Assembly (NCBI GenBank): GCA_964397315.1
Contig: CAYNHV010000002.1
Coordinates: 23,167 to 87,166, forward strand
Reading direction: 5' to 3'
DNA length: 64,000 nucleotides
Origin: an uncultured Methanosarcinales archaeon
GTDB taxonomy: Archaea > Nanobdellota > Nanobdellia > Woesearchaeales > UBA12501
Part shown: piece by piece, positions 30,475-40,667 of the stretch
Layout: each line of letters opens with the position of its first letter
Position numbering within the stretch: the stretch's first letter is position 1
Made by a program: the position numbers and the translations under genes
Notes under the pieces: generated by a model
Told to the model about the DNA's origin: nothing
What the model saw: only the letters and a program-made list of their open reading frames with translations
Databases searched by the model: none

Positions 30475-31410
30475 ATGAAACGCAAAGTTATCAAGCAGGG
30501 AAACGGCACTCTGACAATTACTCTTCCTAAAGCGTGGACTGAGAAGGTTGGGTTGACTGGAGAGAGTGAGGTTGAGATACAAGAAAGAAAGAACGGTCTG
30601 ATTGTTGGATTTTCTGACCATAAGAAAAGAACAAAGGAATTTAGAATCAACCTTACAAAAGAAGAGCTCGCTGATGAAAGATACATTGAGGCTCATCTTA
30701 ACAGTCTTTATATCTCAGGGCATGACAAGATAATAATCAATCTTCCAGACAAAAAAGGCATCAATAAGATCCAGCCTATTGTTAAAAGTAATTTTCTTGG
30801 ATATGACATTTCCAGTTCTGATAGCAACAAGTGCATAATTGATAACATATCCAATCCCAGTGGGGAGAAATTTGACACAATCCTTAGAAGGATATTTCTT
30901 ATGACCAAGAGGCTGTTTGAAGACTTTTTTTCTGATGTTGAATCTAGGAAATTCAACAATCTGGAGTTCCACAAGGACCAGGCAAACACCATGAAAGCCT
31001 ATTCAAACTACTGCTTGAGAATAATTTCAAACAGGACTCCGAGCTATAGCTCTGATTTCGCCTTATGGTCTATTGTATTAAGGGCTACCCACATATACCA
31101 AATGTTGATATACTGTTATGTTAGACTCCCACACTACAAGTTTGATATCTCAAAAGAGACACAGAAATTCTTTAATGACATAATAAATTTATTCGACCTT
31201 GTCTATGCGCTCTTTTATGAATATGACATCTCAAAAACAAAGGAGATCCATGATAGGTATTACAACGCAGTATACCCTGCTTTCTATAAGAAGCTTCTGT
31301 CAAAAAAAGGAGGTGAGGCTTTCCTTGTTTTTCATCTTGGTAAAGCAATAAGGCAGATATTATATATAACTCAATTCACAATAGCTTACAACACTAGCCA
31401 AAGTGATTAA
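30475..31410 (+). CDS. AbrB/SpoVT (swapped-hairpin) N-domain fused to a PhoU-like domain
   Basis: MKRKVIKQGNGTLTITLPKAWTEKVGL is the AbrB/MazE-type motif. The helical C-terminal domain resembles archaeal PhoU homologues. Confidence 0.5.
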   Translation: MKRKVIKQGNGTLTITLPKAWTEKVGLTGESEVEIQERKNGLIVGFSDHKKRTKEFRINLTKEELADERYIEAHLNSLYISGHDKIIINLPDKKGINKIQPIVKSNFLGYDISSSDSNKCIIDNISNPSGEKFDTILRRIFLMTKRLFEDFFSDVESRKFNNLEFHKDQANTMKAYSNYCLRIISNRTPSYSSDFALWSIVLRATHIYQMLIYCYVRLPHYKFDISKETQKFFNDIINLFDLVYALFYEYDISKTKEIHDRYYNAVYPAFYKKLLSKKGGEAFLVFHLGKAIRQILYITQFTIAYNTSQSD

Positions 31411-33361
31411 GGAATTCTTCTTCAAGCTCCATTGCACTCTGATATCTTTCTTCTGGCTTAGCCCAACAATTCTGGACAATACCAATTAATTTCTCAGGCA
31501 TTACATTTTCAAGATTCCAACAAAGAAGCTCCCTATGCAGCTTATTAATTTTAAGATTGTACATCTTGAGTTCATACTCATCTCTTTCAGGACCAGGGGT
31601 CATAGGTCTTCTGGTTTTCTCAAGAACAAAAGGATACTTCTCTTTCCACATCCAATAGATTAAACAGCCTAAAGAAAATACATCACAATAAAACCCCCTA
31701 TCTGACCCTTGCTCATGTAATTCTGGGGCACGGATATAAACATGACCTATACTCATAAAAGAATCTTTTAATCCCTCATTGAGCTGTTCCACTGTTTGAC
31801 CTAGACCAAAGTCTCCTAATTTAACAATCAAACCACCCTCTACTTCCTGGTAGAATATGTTGTCTGGCTTTATATCAGAATGTATAACTCCATTTTTATG
31901 AGAGTAAGAGACTGCACTTAAAACCATTCCCAATAAAGCCAATCTATGCTCATCCTGAAAATTAGCGCCATACAAGTTATACATTTGTGTAAGATCCCCA
32001 TCACAATACTCAGACACACCATACTCTTCCCCTGTATTTTGGTCTATGTTTAAGTCAAATAAGCATATGTGAGGGTGCCTCAGATTGAATGGGGACGCAA
32101 GATTATCACGTTCCATTATTGACCGTAAAGTCAATCCTTTATCATCCATAAATGCTTTGATTCTCGTGTTTACACTATACCTGTACACAACAACTTTATT
32201 GCCAAACTTTGTTGCTTCATAAGCCATCTTTGCCCCACCAACACCTAATCTCCTTTTAAATTCAAATGGAGGTATGTTTTGTGAGGCAACATCCCATATC
32301 TCTCCCTCATCACCAATACTGCCTTCATCCAGAAGTCTTGCAATGTTTCTCAGGAATAAATAACCTTCATTCTCAATATAATAATTCCCAACATACCTCC
32401 AAATCAGATAATCTTTATTGAAAGATGAGGAGTTTTCCATTATTTTCTCAGCATAAGGAATATTTTCCTTTACATACTCTTTAAACTCATCAAAATTTAA
32501 ACCAGAGAGGGATTCTCTCTGAATAATGAAATAATCTTTATCCATAATATCCTTCAAGAAACCTGGAAGCTCCTGTATATACCTGAAAGTGTCACCCCAC
32601 TCTTCATTAAAAGCCAAACCAATTTTATCCAATACTTTTCTTCTTTCTAGAGGGTCTTTCTCATTGAATGATGACAATATATCAATATCTCTCATCTTAA
32701 TCATTCCGTTTATTTTATGCATAATCAAGTGATAATACCTCTCAAAGATAACCATATCAAACTCAGGGGCGTGGTCTATTTTGCTATTATAACATTCGCC
32801 TTTTACATTCCTTCGGTCATATGCCCTACCTTTTCCAGGAAAGTCACCTTCTCTTTTAAGGAAATCAAAGTTGAGTGCAGAATGATATTTGATAAACTCC
32901 AATAAAGGATCAGATTCACCATATGCATTACAACTGTAAAGCTTGTTTAAGTCATAATCCAGTAGGAGATCCCACTCTCTCACTTCAAACCTCTCAATTC
33001 TTCTCTCACCCTGAGATGCTTCACTTATCAATTGCTTAAAATCAATTGAATCGGGCCTTTTTCCATCAGGCCTGAACCAGTAATTGTAGAACTCACACAT
33101 ATGATGGATATCCTTGTTGTGCCTTAAAGCAAGATTTAATTCTTGATATATAGGATTTATATTAGAGCTTAAGTCAAAAATTTCTTGAAGTCTTTTCTCA
33201 ATATTCAAAAGTAGTCTGTTAGGATCTTCCTCAAGAAGTTCGTCTAGGGCTATGTCTCTTTCTTTCAAAGCAAGATTATCTTTGGCAGACATATCCCTAT
33301 CTTTAGAGCATTCTGCTCCAATATCATCGTTTTGTGCGGTCTTATCTGTAATTTTTACCAC
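31394..33361 (-). CDS. Ser/Thr protein kinase with a ~380-aa uncharacterised N-terminal region
   Basis: Gly-rich loop LGVGGAKMAYEA, catalytic loop HSDIKPDN, KLGDFGLG (DFG) and RAPE motifs. Start overlaps the NACHT gene stop by 7 nt. Confidence 0.8.
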   Translation of the reverse strand: MVKITDKTAQNDDIGAECSKDRDMSAKDNLALKERDIALDELLEEDPNRLLLNIEKRLQEIFDLSSNINPIYQELNLALRHNKDIHHMCEFYNYWFRPDGKRPDSIDFKQLISEASQGERRIERFEVREWDLLLDYDLNKLYSCNAYGESDPLLEFIKYHSALNFDFLKREGDFPGKGRAYDRRNVKGECYNSKIDHAPEFDMVIFERYYHLIMHKINGMIKMRDIDILSSFNEKDPLERRKVLDKIGLAFNEEWGDTFRYIQELPGFLKDIMDKDYFIIQRESLSGLNFDEFKEYVKENIPYAEKIMENSSSFNKDYLIWRYVGNYYIENEGYLFLRNIARLLDEGSIGDEGEIWDVASQNIPPFEFKRRLGVGGAKMAYEATKFGNKVVVYRYSVNTRIKAFMDDKGLTLRSIMERDNLASPFNLRHPHICLFDLNIDQNTGEEYGVSEYCDGDLTQMYNLYGANFQDEHRLALLGMVLSAVSYSHKNGVIHSDIKPDNIFYQEVEGGLIVKLGDFGLGQTVEQLNEGLKDSFMSIGHVYIRAPELHEQGSDRGFYCDVFSLGCLIYWMWKEKYPFVLEKTRRPMTPGPERDEYELKMYNLKINKLHRELLCWNLENVMPEKLIGIVQNCWAKPEERYQSAMELEEEFLNHFG

Positions 33362-36081
33362 ACCCGATCAGGATCTATTCCATGGTATGTCTTAAAAGCA
33401 ACATGTGCATGAGAGTCGCTTCTGTCTATCATGCATCTAAGCAAGATATCTGAATATGGATTAAATTTAGCTTCCCTAATAAGAAGCTCCCTATGCCTAA
33501 AATCTTTGTCTTTTATTAGATCAATTATCAACTCAACAATCTCTGGTCTATTGCTTTCTCCATGAACACTTTCCATAACCAGTTCCTTTAGTATCTTGGG
33601 CTCATCAATATTTGAATCAATCTGCAAAGACCTAAAATAATGCACTCTATTTGAATTATGAGCTCTTAATATCTCTCTGTCCTCTTCAGAAACAAATTTA
33701 GGGGGCCTCATAATCAGGTTTCTAACACCCATATCAACTCTATATGGGCTATTGCCTCGCATAATATATTCACCTGCAAAATCTAATGCTTCTTTATGCC
33801 CACTCATCATCAATATTGTCTGAAAAGCAATATCTCTATGAGGATCTTTGTCATCCTCAACAATCTCTTTTAATAGTGGAAAATAATTGATAACACCCAA
33901 ATATTCAATCAATATGTCTCTTGCTCTGCTTTTATAGTCCTTCAGATACCCTGCAATGAAATCAAAAGCCTTCTTCTGGCAAGTTCTTCTCTTTTCTACT
34001 GAAAGAAGCAGAATAGATGTAGTTTCATGTGTATCTTTAACCATGGAATCAAAATAATGGGGGTTGTTTTCATCAGTAAATAAATTGATTTTATCATCCA
34101 ACTGTCCATTTAATGCAGCCTCTGCATCTTTATTGCCATAACTGGCCAAAAGCTCAAAAGCCTTCTCTGATACGTAATCACAATAGGGGGACTCTTTATT
34201 AGGCATGATCTTATCCAAAAAAGCAAGAGCTTTATCAGTTCCAAGATTCCATAACATTAAAACAAATTCATCATCAAGTTTAAACTTATTAAAATTTACA
34301 TCATTCATTGAGTGAACTTTATGTTTTTTATGTTTTAAATCAAGATCATCAAGTGACATAATAGGAATAATAGGAGTTAGTTTATCATAGAAAATCTCAG
34401 ATCCATCAGGAAATTTTTGATAATAACCCCACCCTCCTTTATATTCATATAACCTATGGTATTCTTCATTCTCAATAAGAATGCCCACCATTCTCTCAAT
34501 AAGATCTCCTGCATTATCATCTTTAGAAGCTATATTAAGCGCAGCCTGAACCAACCCAGGATGTACATCCCCCTTATCTAATATGGATTCAATAGCTCTT
34601 ATAAATTTCTTTGTATTAACTTCACTCTTTGAATGTCTGACCAATTCTGAAGCAAATGAGAAGTCTATATCATCTTTGTATTCTCCTGCGACAAAATCAC
34701 AAAGATCATTCAATTCTTTTGTATCCAACATTTCTGATAGGAACAATAAAACTTCTTTATGCCTATAAAACTTGAAGTCTTCATCATCATCTAAGTATTT
34801 CTCAAATACTTCCTGAGCAGAAAGGCCATCTTTTTTAAGTCTTCTTGCAAACCATCCTGCACAAAAGTATTCCTGCAAAGTCTTATGCATAAAATTAACT
34901 TCAACATACTCAGAGGCAGTGCTCTTTTTTATAGTTGGATGATGAAAATTCCTTGTCTTTTCCCCTAAGACCCTACATAAACCGCTCTCATCTATTGAAT
35001 TCAAGATTTCATCTAAAGGCCAATCAGAGAACTTTTTCTGCAGTAAAGGCCTTATTGAATGCCCTGTGACCTCTGCAAAAAATTTATCATACACTTTACC
35101 ATGCCAATCCTTTTTAATAACCATTTCCTTCGGCTTTTCCAGAATATAGGCTATCTCTTCCATAACTTCTAATTCATCAGAAAAATCTTTTGGAGAATCA
35201 TCACCATTTCTTTCAGCAATCTTCAAGGCTTCTCTGGCAAGGAATCTTTTATTCACAACAACCTTATATAATAATGCCCTGTTCCCAAAGTCAAATTTCT
35301 TGTAGTCTTTTTTGTCAATATCCATTACAAAACTCAATAGCAATGGATATCTGCAGAAGTCCAGAAGATTCTCGTCCTCCTTTATAAGTTCAAAAAGTTC
35401 TGATCTTCCTTTTGCAACAAGATAGTTTTTTAAATCATCTAATTGAACTGGCTGAACATCATATACCTCAAAATCTGTGAGTTTTGGGGTGTCAATTTCT
35501 GGCCTGCTTGATACAATGAACCTATTATTCTCCAAACCCTTAAGATTGTCCAGTTGCTTAACAAGCCTTAACCTTAATGAACCATCAGTGACCTCATCAA
35601 AACCATCCAAATATATATTAAACTTTCCTGCTCTCAACAAATCTTTTATAGCCCACTTAAAATCACTAAAACCAATTGTTTCTAAAATAAACTTTTCCAG
35701 ACTCTGCCCAGCGTATGACTTTAAATCAATATATATAGAATCTTTATGTCCAAAATAGCTTCTCTTTAGAAAGGTGGTCTTTCCTGTTCCAGCATCCCCT
35801 GACAACCAGATTTTGGACTCAGACTCTGCTATCTCTTCAAGAAGCCTGATTTCCCATTCATATTTTTTCTGCACCTGAATTGGAAGCAGGTGATCATCAA
35901 ATAAAACAGATTCTTCTGCCTGCTTTTTTAAGTCTCTATGTTTTGCATCTGAAAGTAATGAGATAAATTCATTTGCTGGATCAGCAAGCTTATGAAGGAT
36001 TTCATTACAAGGAATCCTAGAATCAAGATTTTCTTCTGTGATATTAAAATCAGCCACCATAATTGCCCCCTCAAACCTCAA
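33355..36081 (-). CDS. STAND-class NTPase (NACHT domain) with a C-terminal helical-repeat region
   Basis: Walker A LSGDAGTGKTTFL, Walker B IYLDGFDEV (hhhhDGxDE) and a C-terminal ~450-aa alpha-repeat region. 908 aa, in an AT-rich region. Confidence 0.8.
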   Translation of the reverse strand: MRFEGAIMVADFNITEENLDSRIPCNEILHKLADPANEFISLLSDAKHRDLKKQAEESVLFDDHLLPIQVQKKYEWEIRLLEEIAESESKIWLSGDAGTGKTTFLKRSYFGHKDSIYIDLKSYAGQSLEKFILETIGFSDFKWAIKDLLRAGKFNIYLDGFDEVTDGSLRLRLVKQLDNLKGLENNRFIVSSRPEIDTPKLTDFEVYDVQPVQLDDLKNYLVAKGRSELFELIKEDENLLDFCRYPLLLSFVMDIDKKDYKKFDFGNRALLYKVVVNKRFLAREALKIAERNGDDSPKDFSDELEVMEEIAYILEKPKEMVIKKDWHGKVYDKFFAEVTGHSIRPLLQKKFSDWPLDEILNSIDESGLCRVLGEKTRNFHHPTIKKSTASEYVEVNFMHKTLQEYFCAGWFARRLKKDGLSAQEVFEKYLDDDEDFKFYRHKEVLLFLSEMLDTKELNDLCDFVAGEYKDDIDFSFASELVRHSKSEVNTKKFIRAIESILDKGDVHPGLVQAALNIASKDDNAGDLIERMVGILIENEEYHRLYEYKGGWGYYQKFPDGSEIFYDKLTPIIPIMSLDDLDLKHKKHKVHSMNDVNFNKFKLDDEFVLMLWNLGTDKALAFLDKIMPNKESPYCDYVSEKAFELLASYGNKDAEAALNGQLDDKINLFTDENNPHYFDSMVKDTHETTSILLLSVEKRRTCQKKAFDFIAGYLKDYKSRARDILIEYLGVINYFPLLKEIVEDDKDPHRDIAFQTILMMSGHKEALDFAGEYIMRGNSPYRVDMGVRNLIMRPPKFVSEEDREILRAHNSNRVHYFRSLQIDSNIDEPKILKELVMESVHGESNRPEIVELIIDLIKDKDFRHRELLIREAKFNPYSDILLRCMIDRSDSHAHVAFKTYHGIDPDRVW

Positions 36082-36211
36082 AATAAAGTAAGGATATCTG
36101 ATTATATAAATCTTTCTATTAATTCACCCTCAAAAAGTAGCAAATAACCCGTCAATCAGAACCAAAAATATCGATAAGAACAGACAAGAACATAGGAAAA
36201 ATCACAATGAC

Positions 36212-36622
36212 TCAATAAGCCTCTAATTCCCCAGTCACCTTGTCTATCCTCCTCTCGCTCTCCGGCCCTATTCCAACGCATGTAACAGTTCCCGATTTCA
36301 CAACAGTCTTTCCAGCATCAGCAATCTCAACAGCAACAAGGTCATTCTCATGCGCAAGTTTCTTGTATCTATTTAACTCATCCAAATCCTTAACCCTGAG
36401 AACAACCTTCATCATGCCAGTGTCTTTCCATTTATTGACGAGCTCCTTCCTGCCTGTTGACTGAGACTCCAGGACTGCAGAGACAGAAGCGTGAGCAGCC
36501 TGAGCAGCCATCTTGCCCTTGGGCAGCTTAAGGTCCTCCCTGACTATTATAGCCTGCTTGTACCTGCTCCTGTCCGCAGCTCCGGCAATGGCTTTCTTTA
36601 TCCTGTTAACAACAGATTTCAT
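36212..36622 (-). CDS. pth2: Peptidyl-tRNA hydrolase, archaeal/eukaryal type
   Basis: KQAIIVREDLKLPKGKMAAQAAHAS...VVLRVKD...VEIADAGKT is the Pth2 signature; 136 aa. Confidence 0.85.
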   Translation of the reverse strand: MKSVVNRIKKAIAGAADRSRYKQAIIVREDLKLPKGKMAAQAAHASVSAVLESQSTGRKELVNKWKDTGMMKVVLRVKDLDELNRYKKLAHENDLVAVEIADAGKTVVKSGTVTCVGIGPESERRIDKVTGELEAY

Positions 36623-37686
36623 CTTTGCTTGTCTCTCCTTGGAAGGTATCTGGGCTCAACAAGGTCAGGTATCCTGTCAATGAACCTCGCGTAATACACG
36701 CTGACCTTGCCGTAATAAAGCCTGTCAATGCTGTATTTCTTTAAATAGTTTTTGACCTTGAAATAACCATTGAGGTACTTGTAATCCTTTGTCAGCCCCC
36801 CATGCTGAGACGTATCTGACAATCCCCTTTTTGCCCTGACTGTTATCCTCCACGCCTTGTCCCTGCTGAAGTGGGTCTTCATCCTGTTGTATACCTCTCT
36901 GAATGAATGGTCCTGGGCAAGGTGGACTGCCACAACCCTTCCTGCGTAAACCCTTAAAGTGCCCTTGCTGAGAACCCCTGCTTTCTCCTCATTCACTGCA
37001 GCAAGGCCCTCCTCTGTCTCAAGATAGCCTGGCAGGCCGGATGCAAACACCCTGTATGGCTGCAGCATGCCGTTCTCATACCTCAAAACATGGGTGCCTA
37101 TCTCATGGGCTATGAGGCGCCTTATGAAATCGTTGGAGAACATCTTGCCCTTCTTGAGCAGCACCCTTCTCTTTGACTGCTGCACAGCAGCATTGGCAGT
37201 CATCAGCTTCTGCCTTACCTCCCAGTTGAAGCCGTAAACCTTCAGGGCCTCCCTGAGCATATCAGCCACTTCCTTGGGGGACAGTTTCGCGGACTTCTTC
37301 TGCCCCTCTCTGTAGCGCAGTATCCTTCTTGCTTTTTTCACCAGAGTCCTGCCGGGCCTGCCGTAAACCTTCAGGGAGCTGGCCTTGAAATCCTCAGAGC
37401 CTACTGAGCCGAGCATGTTAAGGGTTCTCACGTAGCTGTCCCTCTTGTGCCTTAGAATCTGGCCCACATAGCTCCTCTTCATCTTCAGCGAATCAAGCCT
37501 GCTTATTGCAGCATCAATGTTGATCCTGGGAGGGGAATACCTGAATATCGGCTCGTAAGACCTGCTTGAAAAGAATTTCTTTCTCTCCTTCCACTCATTG
37601 ACAGGGTTTACTGCGAGAAAGGATATCCTTCTTCCTATCCTGTACAGCTCCCTGTCAACCTCTTTAAGTATAACCTTCTTTGCCAT
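36619..37686 (-). CDS. DUF1704-family (QEGLA-motif) putative metallopeptidase
   Basis: IAHEIGTHV (HExxH-like) and TEEGLAAV (QEGLA-like) motifs. Start set at the internal Met (MAKKVILKE); the ORF extends to 37758. Overlaps pth2 by 4 nt. Confidence 0.55.
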   Translation of the reverse strand: MAKKVILKEVDRELYRIGRRISFLAVNPVNEWKERKKFFSSRSYEPIFRYSPPRINIDAAISRLDSLKMKRSYVGQILRHKRDSYVRTLNMLGSVGSEDFKASSLKVYGRPGRTLVKKARRILRYREGQKKSAKLSPKEVADMLREALKVYGFNWEVRQKLMTANAAVQQSKRRVLLKKGKMFSNDFIRRLIAHEIGTHVLRYENGMLQPYRVFASGLPGYLETEEGLAAVNEEKAGVLSKGTLRVYAGRVVAVHLAQDHSFREVYNRMKTHFSRDKAWRITVRAKRGLSDTSQHGGLTKDYKYLNGYFKVKNYLKKYSIDRLYYGKVSVYYARFIDRIPDLVEPRYLPRRDKQR

Positions 37687-37739
37687 GCTGATTTTAGTGT
37701 GATAATATGTATTTAAATGTTGCTTTAGGAAGAGGGTTT

Positions 37740-38400
37740 GTTTATGATTATGATTCATGGTGCTTCCCTGGAAATGGAAAAATTATGATTATTATCCCAG
37801 GTGCTTTCCGCTATTTAGAGAATTTGCTTGTGTTTATGATTCCAGATTCCACCCTCCCTTAGGTTTGTTTATTATTATGATTCCTGGTGCTTCCCTGGGA
37901 ATATTGAGTTTATGATTGTTACTCCAGGTGCTTCCCAGAGGGGTAATGGGTTTGCGATTATTATTCCTGGTAATTCCCACCCTCTGGAAGATAATGTTTT
38001 TATGGTTATAATTCATAGTACTTCCCTCCCTTTCTCCAGAACCATCAGGCAGGTTTTTTCCTTCTGGAACAGCACAACTCTCTGCTTCCGCCTCCAATAA
38101 GCCCACCCAATCATATGCTTAAAGCGCTCTGTGTGGGTTGGTGCGCTCAAGCTGTTGAAGGGGGCGGTGGGTGGGTCAAAGCGGCTGTAACTGCGAGTGG
38201 GGGTGGAGGATAAGTCTGGATTAATCACAATATTTAGAGGAGACTCAATTTTGTAGTACTCATACGCTTAAAGCGCGCTTTTTGTGGAATTTCACTGCGC
38301 TCACTCCCACCTGCGCGTGAACTGCGCAATGCCGTTCTGGTGGAGAAATAAGAAGGATTTATTATATTCATAAAACTAAATTCAGAGGGAGTTAACAATA
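37740..38400 (+). repeat. Modular intergenic repeat element, copy C
   Basis: About seven tandem degenerate units (gtttatgattatgattcatggtgcttccctgg...). Core ccaataagcccacccaatcatatgcttaaagcgctctgtgtgggttggtgcgctcaagctgttgaagggggcgg at 38094..38165, then ggctgtaactgcg...ctggattaatc...cgcgtgaactgcgcaatgccgttctggtggagaa. Immediately upstream of corA. Confidence 0.8.
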
Positions 38401-38496
38401 TTATAATTCTCTGTGCGCTGGGAACATGTTATGCCTGTCATGATGTCATGTTCTTACACAACAAGCTTTATAAATAAAGGATAATTTGCCTTCCTC

Positions 38497-39453
38497 ATGA
38501 TAAGGGTCTTTGAAAAAAGGGGTGATAGCGGGCAGCTCAGGGAGATTGAGGTTGACAAGATCTCAATCTCAGGCACAGCATGGATTGACGCTCACAGCCC
38601 CTCAAAGGAGGAGCTTGAGCTCATATCAAAGAAGACCCGCATTCCGCTTTTTGAGCTTTCTGAGTATTCTGACCCTGATGAGAGGCCTCACCTGCATGAC
38701 AAGGAGACCCACTCAAGGATTGTGTTCAGCTTTCCAAGGGAGAAGGGAAACTCTGCAGCCGTGGCTCCTGTGTTCATATTCCTCTTTGGCAGGCAGGGAA
38801 TACTCACGCTTCACAAGAAAGAGATAAGGTGCATGGACAGGATAGTGGATTATGTAAGAGAGCATCATGACATACTCAAGTCATCAAGCTCTTTCCTCCA
38901 TTATTTTCTTGACACGCTCGTGTCAGAATACTTCAAGTTCTTTGACATGATAGAGGAGAGCGTGGACAGGTTAGAGGAGAACATAACCAAGAACTCAGCC
39001 AACAGCTCAGGAACCTCCACCCAGCAGATATTCAGCATAAAGAGGACGCTCATCCTGTTCCACAAGGGGCTGATAGCAAACAGGGATGTCATAGCCACCA
39101 TTGAGAAAGGCTACATAAAGAAAATGACCAAGAGGGAGACAGAGGCATTCAGGGACATATACAATGACCTTGTCCAGCTGATCGATGTCGGAGACACGAA
39201 CAGGGAGATACTCTCAGGAGTCCTGGAGACATACCTTACAACACTGTCAAACAACATGAACAGCATAATGAAGAAGCTGACCGCCTACGCATCCCTCATA
39301 CTTGTTCCAACCCTCATATCAGGCATCTATGGCATGAATTTCAGGTATATGCCTGAGCTTGCATGGAAAACAGGCTATCCGTTTGCACTGGGCCTCATGG
39401 CGCTCTCTATAATAATCATCTACGTTTTTTTCAAAAGAAAGAAGTGGATATAG
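38497..39453 (+). CDS. corA: Magnesium/cobalt transporter CorA
   Basis: GMN signature in YGMNFRYMPEL followed by two C-terminal TM helices; 318 aa. Confidence 0.85.
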   Translation: MIRVFEKRGDSGQLREIEVDKISISGTAWIDAHSPSKEELELISKKTRIPLFELSEYSDPDERPHLHDKETHSRIVFSFPREKGNSAAVAPVFIFLFGRQGILTLHKKEIRCMDRIVDYVREHHDILKSSSSFLHYFLDTLVSEYFKFFDMIEESVDRLEENITKNSANSSGTSTQQIFSIKRTLILFHKGLIANRDVIATIEKGYIKKMTKRETEAFRDIYNDLVQLIDVGDTNREILSGVLETYLTTLSNNMNSIMKKLTAYASLILVPTLISGIYGMNFRYMPELAWKTGYPFALGLMALSIIIIYVFFKRKKWI

Positions 39454-39541
39454 CCTCTGCAGCGGCAAAAATATTTTAAATAGAGGGCGTTTACACAACT
39501 CAAGGACAGTAAAGAAGCAAACAAAAAGGCAGGCGCATAAA

Positions 39542-40588
39542 ATGGCGGATATCTACAGCATAATGCTGGCTCTTGGAATAATCGCTGTTTTTTACATTCT
39601 TGCTGAGCTGGTCAATTACATCATAAAAGGGATAGAGAAGCTGACATCAAAGACTCCTGAGGAGTTCAATGAGTATGTGGTGAGCGAGGTCAAGAGCCCC
39701 ATAAGGCTTGTTTTCATAGTCTTCGGCATATACCTTGCAGTGAGGTACATCAGCATAGAAGGTGCGCTGTGGGGTGTCAGCATAATCCAGGTATTCATCA
39801 TTGCGGGAATACTCATAGGGGCTCATGTCATATCAAGAGGGGCTGCATCATTCATAAGGTGGTACAGGGCAGAGGTTTACGCTAAAAAGCTCAAGAGCAG
39901 GCTGGACGAGACGCTTGTCCCTTTTGTGAAGAGGGCCGTGGCAATAATAGTTTATGCCATAGCGCTCCTCATAATATTCAACAGGCTGGGCATTGAGATA
40001 GGACCTTTCCTCGCAGGGCTCGGAATTGCGGGAATTGCAATAGCGCTTGCCCTGCAGGACACGCTCTCAAACCTTTTTGCAGGAGTGTACATTGCGACTG
40101 ACAGGCCCATAAGCATAGGGGATTATATTGAGCTTGACCTTGGGGAGGGTTACAGGGGTTATGTCAATGAGATAAGCTGGAGAACAACAAGAATCAGGAC
40201 ACTGCCGGGCAATTATATTGTCATACCAAACTCAAGGCTTGTGCAGTCAGTGCTTACGAATTATGACAAGCCGAAGAAGGACATGAGCCTCATATTCACT
40301 GTGGGAGTCTCATACGGCAGTAATCTTGAAAAAGTGGAAAAGGTGACCATTAACACTGCAAAGAAGATAATGAAGAAGATTGAGGGAGGAGTGCCTGACC
40401 ATGAGCCTTTCATAAGATACAAGGAATTCAGCGATTCCTCAATAAACTTCTCTGTGATTATGAGGGTTAAATCCTTTGTTGACCAGTACCTGATAAAGCA
40501 CGAGTTTGTAAAGGAGCTGCACAAGGCATACAGGAAGAATGGCATATCCATACCCTTCCCCCAGAGGGATGTGTGGATGAAGAAGTAA
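39542..40588 (+). CDS. mscS: Small-conductance mechanosensitive channel (MscS family)
   Basis: Three N-terminal TM helices and the MscS beta-domain (GDYIELDLGEGYRGYVNEISWRTTRIRT); 348 aa. Confidence 0.85.
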   Translation: MADIYSIMLALGIIAVFYILAELVNYIIKGIEKLTSKTPEEFNEYVVSEVKSPIRLVFIVFGIYLAVRYISIEGALWGVSIIQVFIIAGILIGAHVISRGAASFIRWYRAEVYAKKLKSRLDETLVPFVKRAVAIIVYAIALLIIFNRLGIEIGPFLAGLGIAGIAIALALQDTLSNLFAGVYIATDRPISIGDYIELDLGEGYRGYVNEISWRTTRIRTLPGNYIVIPNSRLVQSVLTNYDKPKKDMSLIFTVGVSYGSNLEKVEKVTINTAKKIMKKIEGGVPDHEPFIRYKEFSDSSINFSVIMRVKSFVDQYLIKHEFVKELHKAYRKNGISIPFPQRDVWMKK

Positions 40589-40667
40589 AGGATTGCGTCT
40601 CCTGACACTGCTGTCTGCAGCCACTATCCATAAAATCTTTAAATGCTAATCTTCCAAAGGAGGTAAT

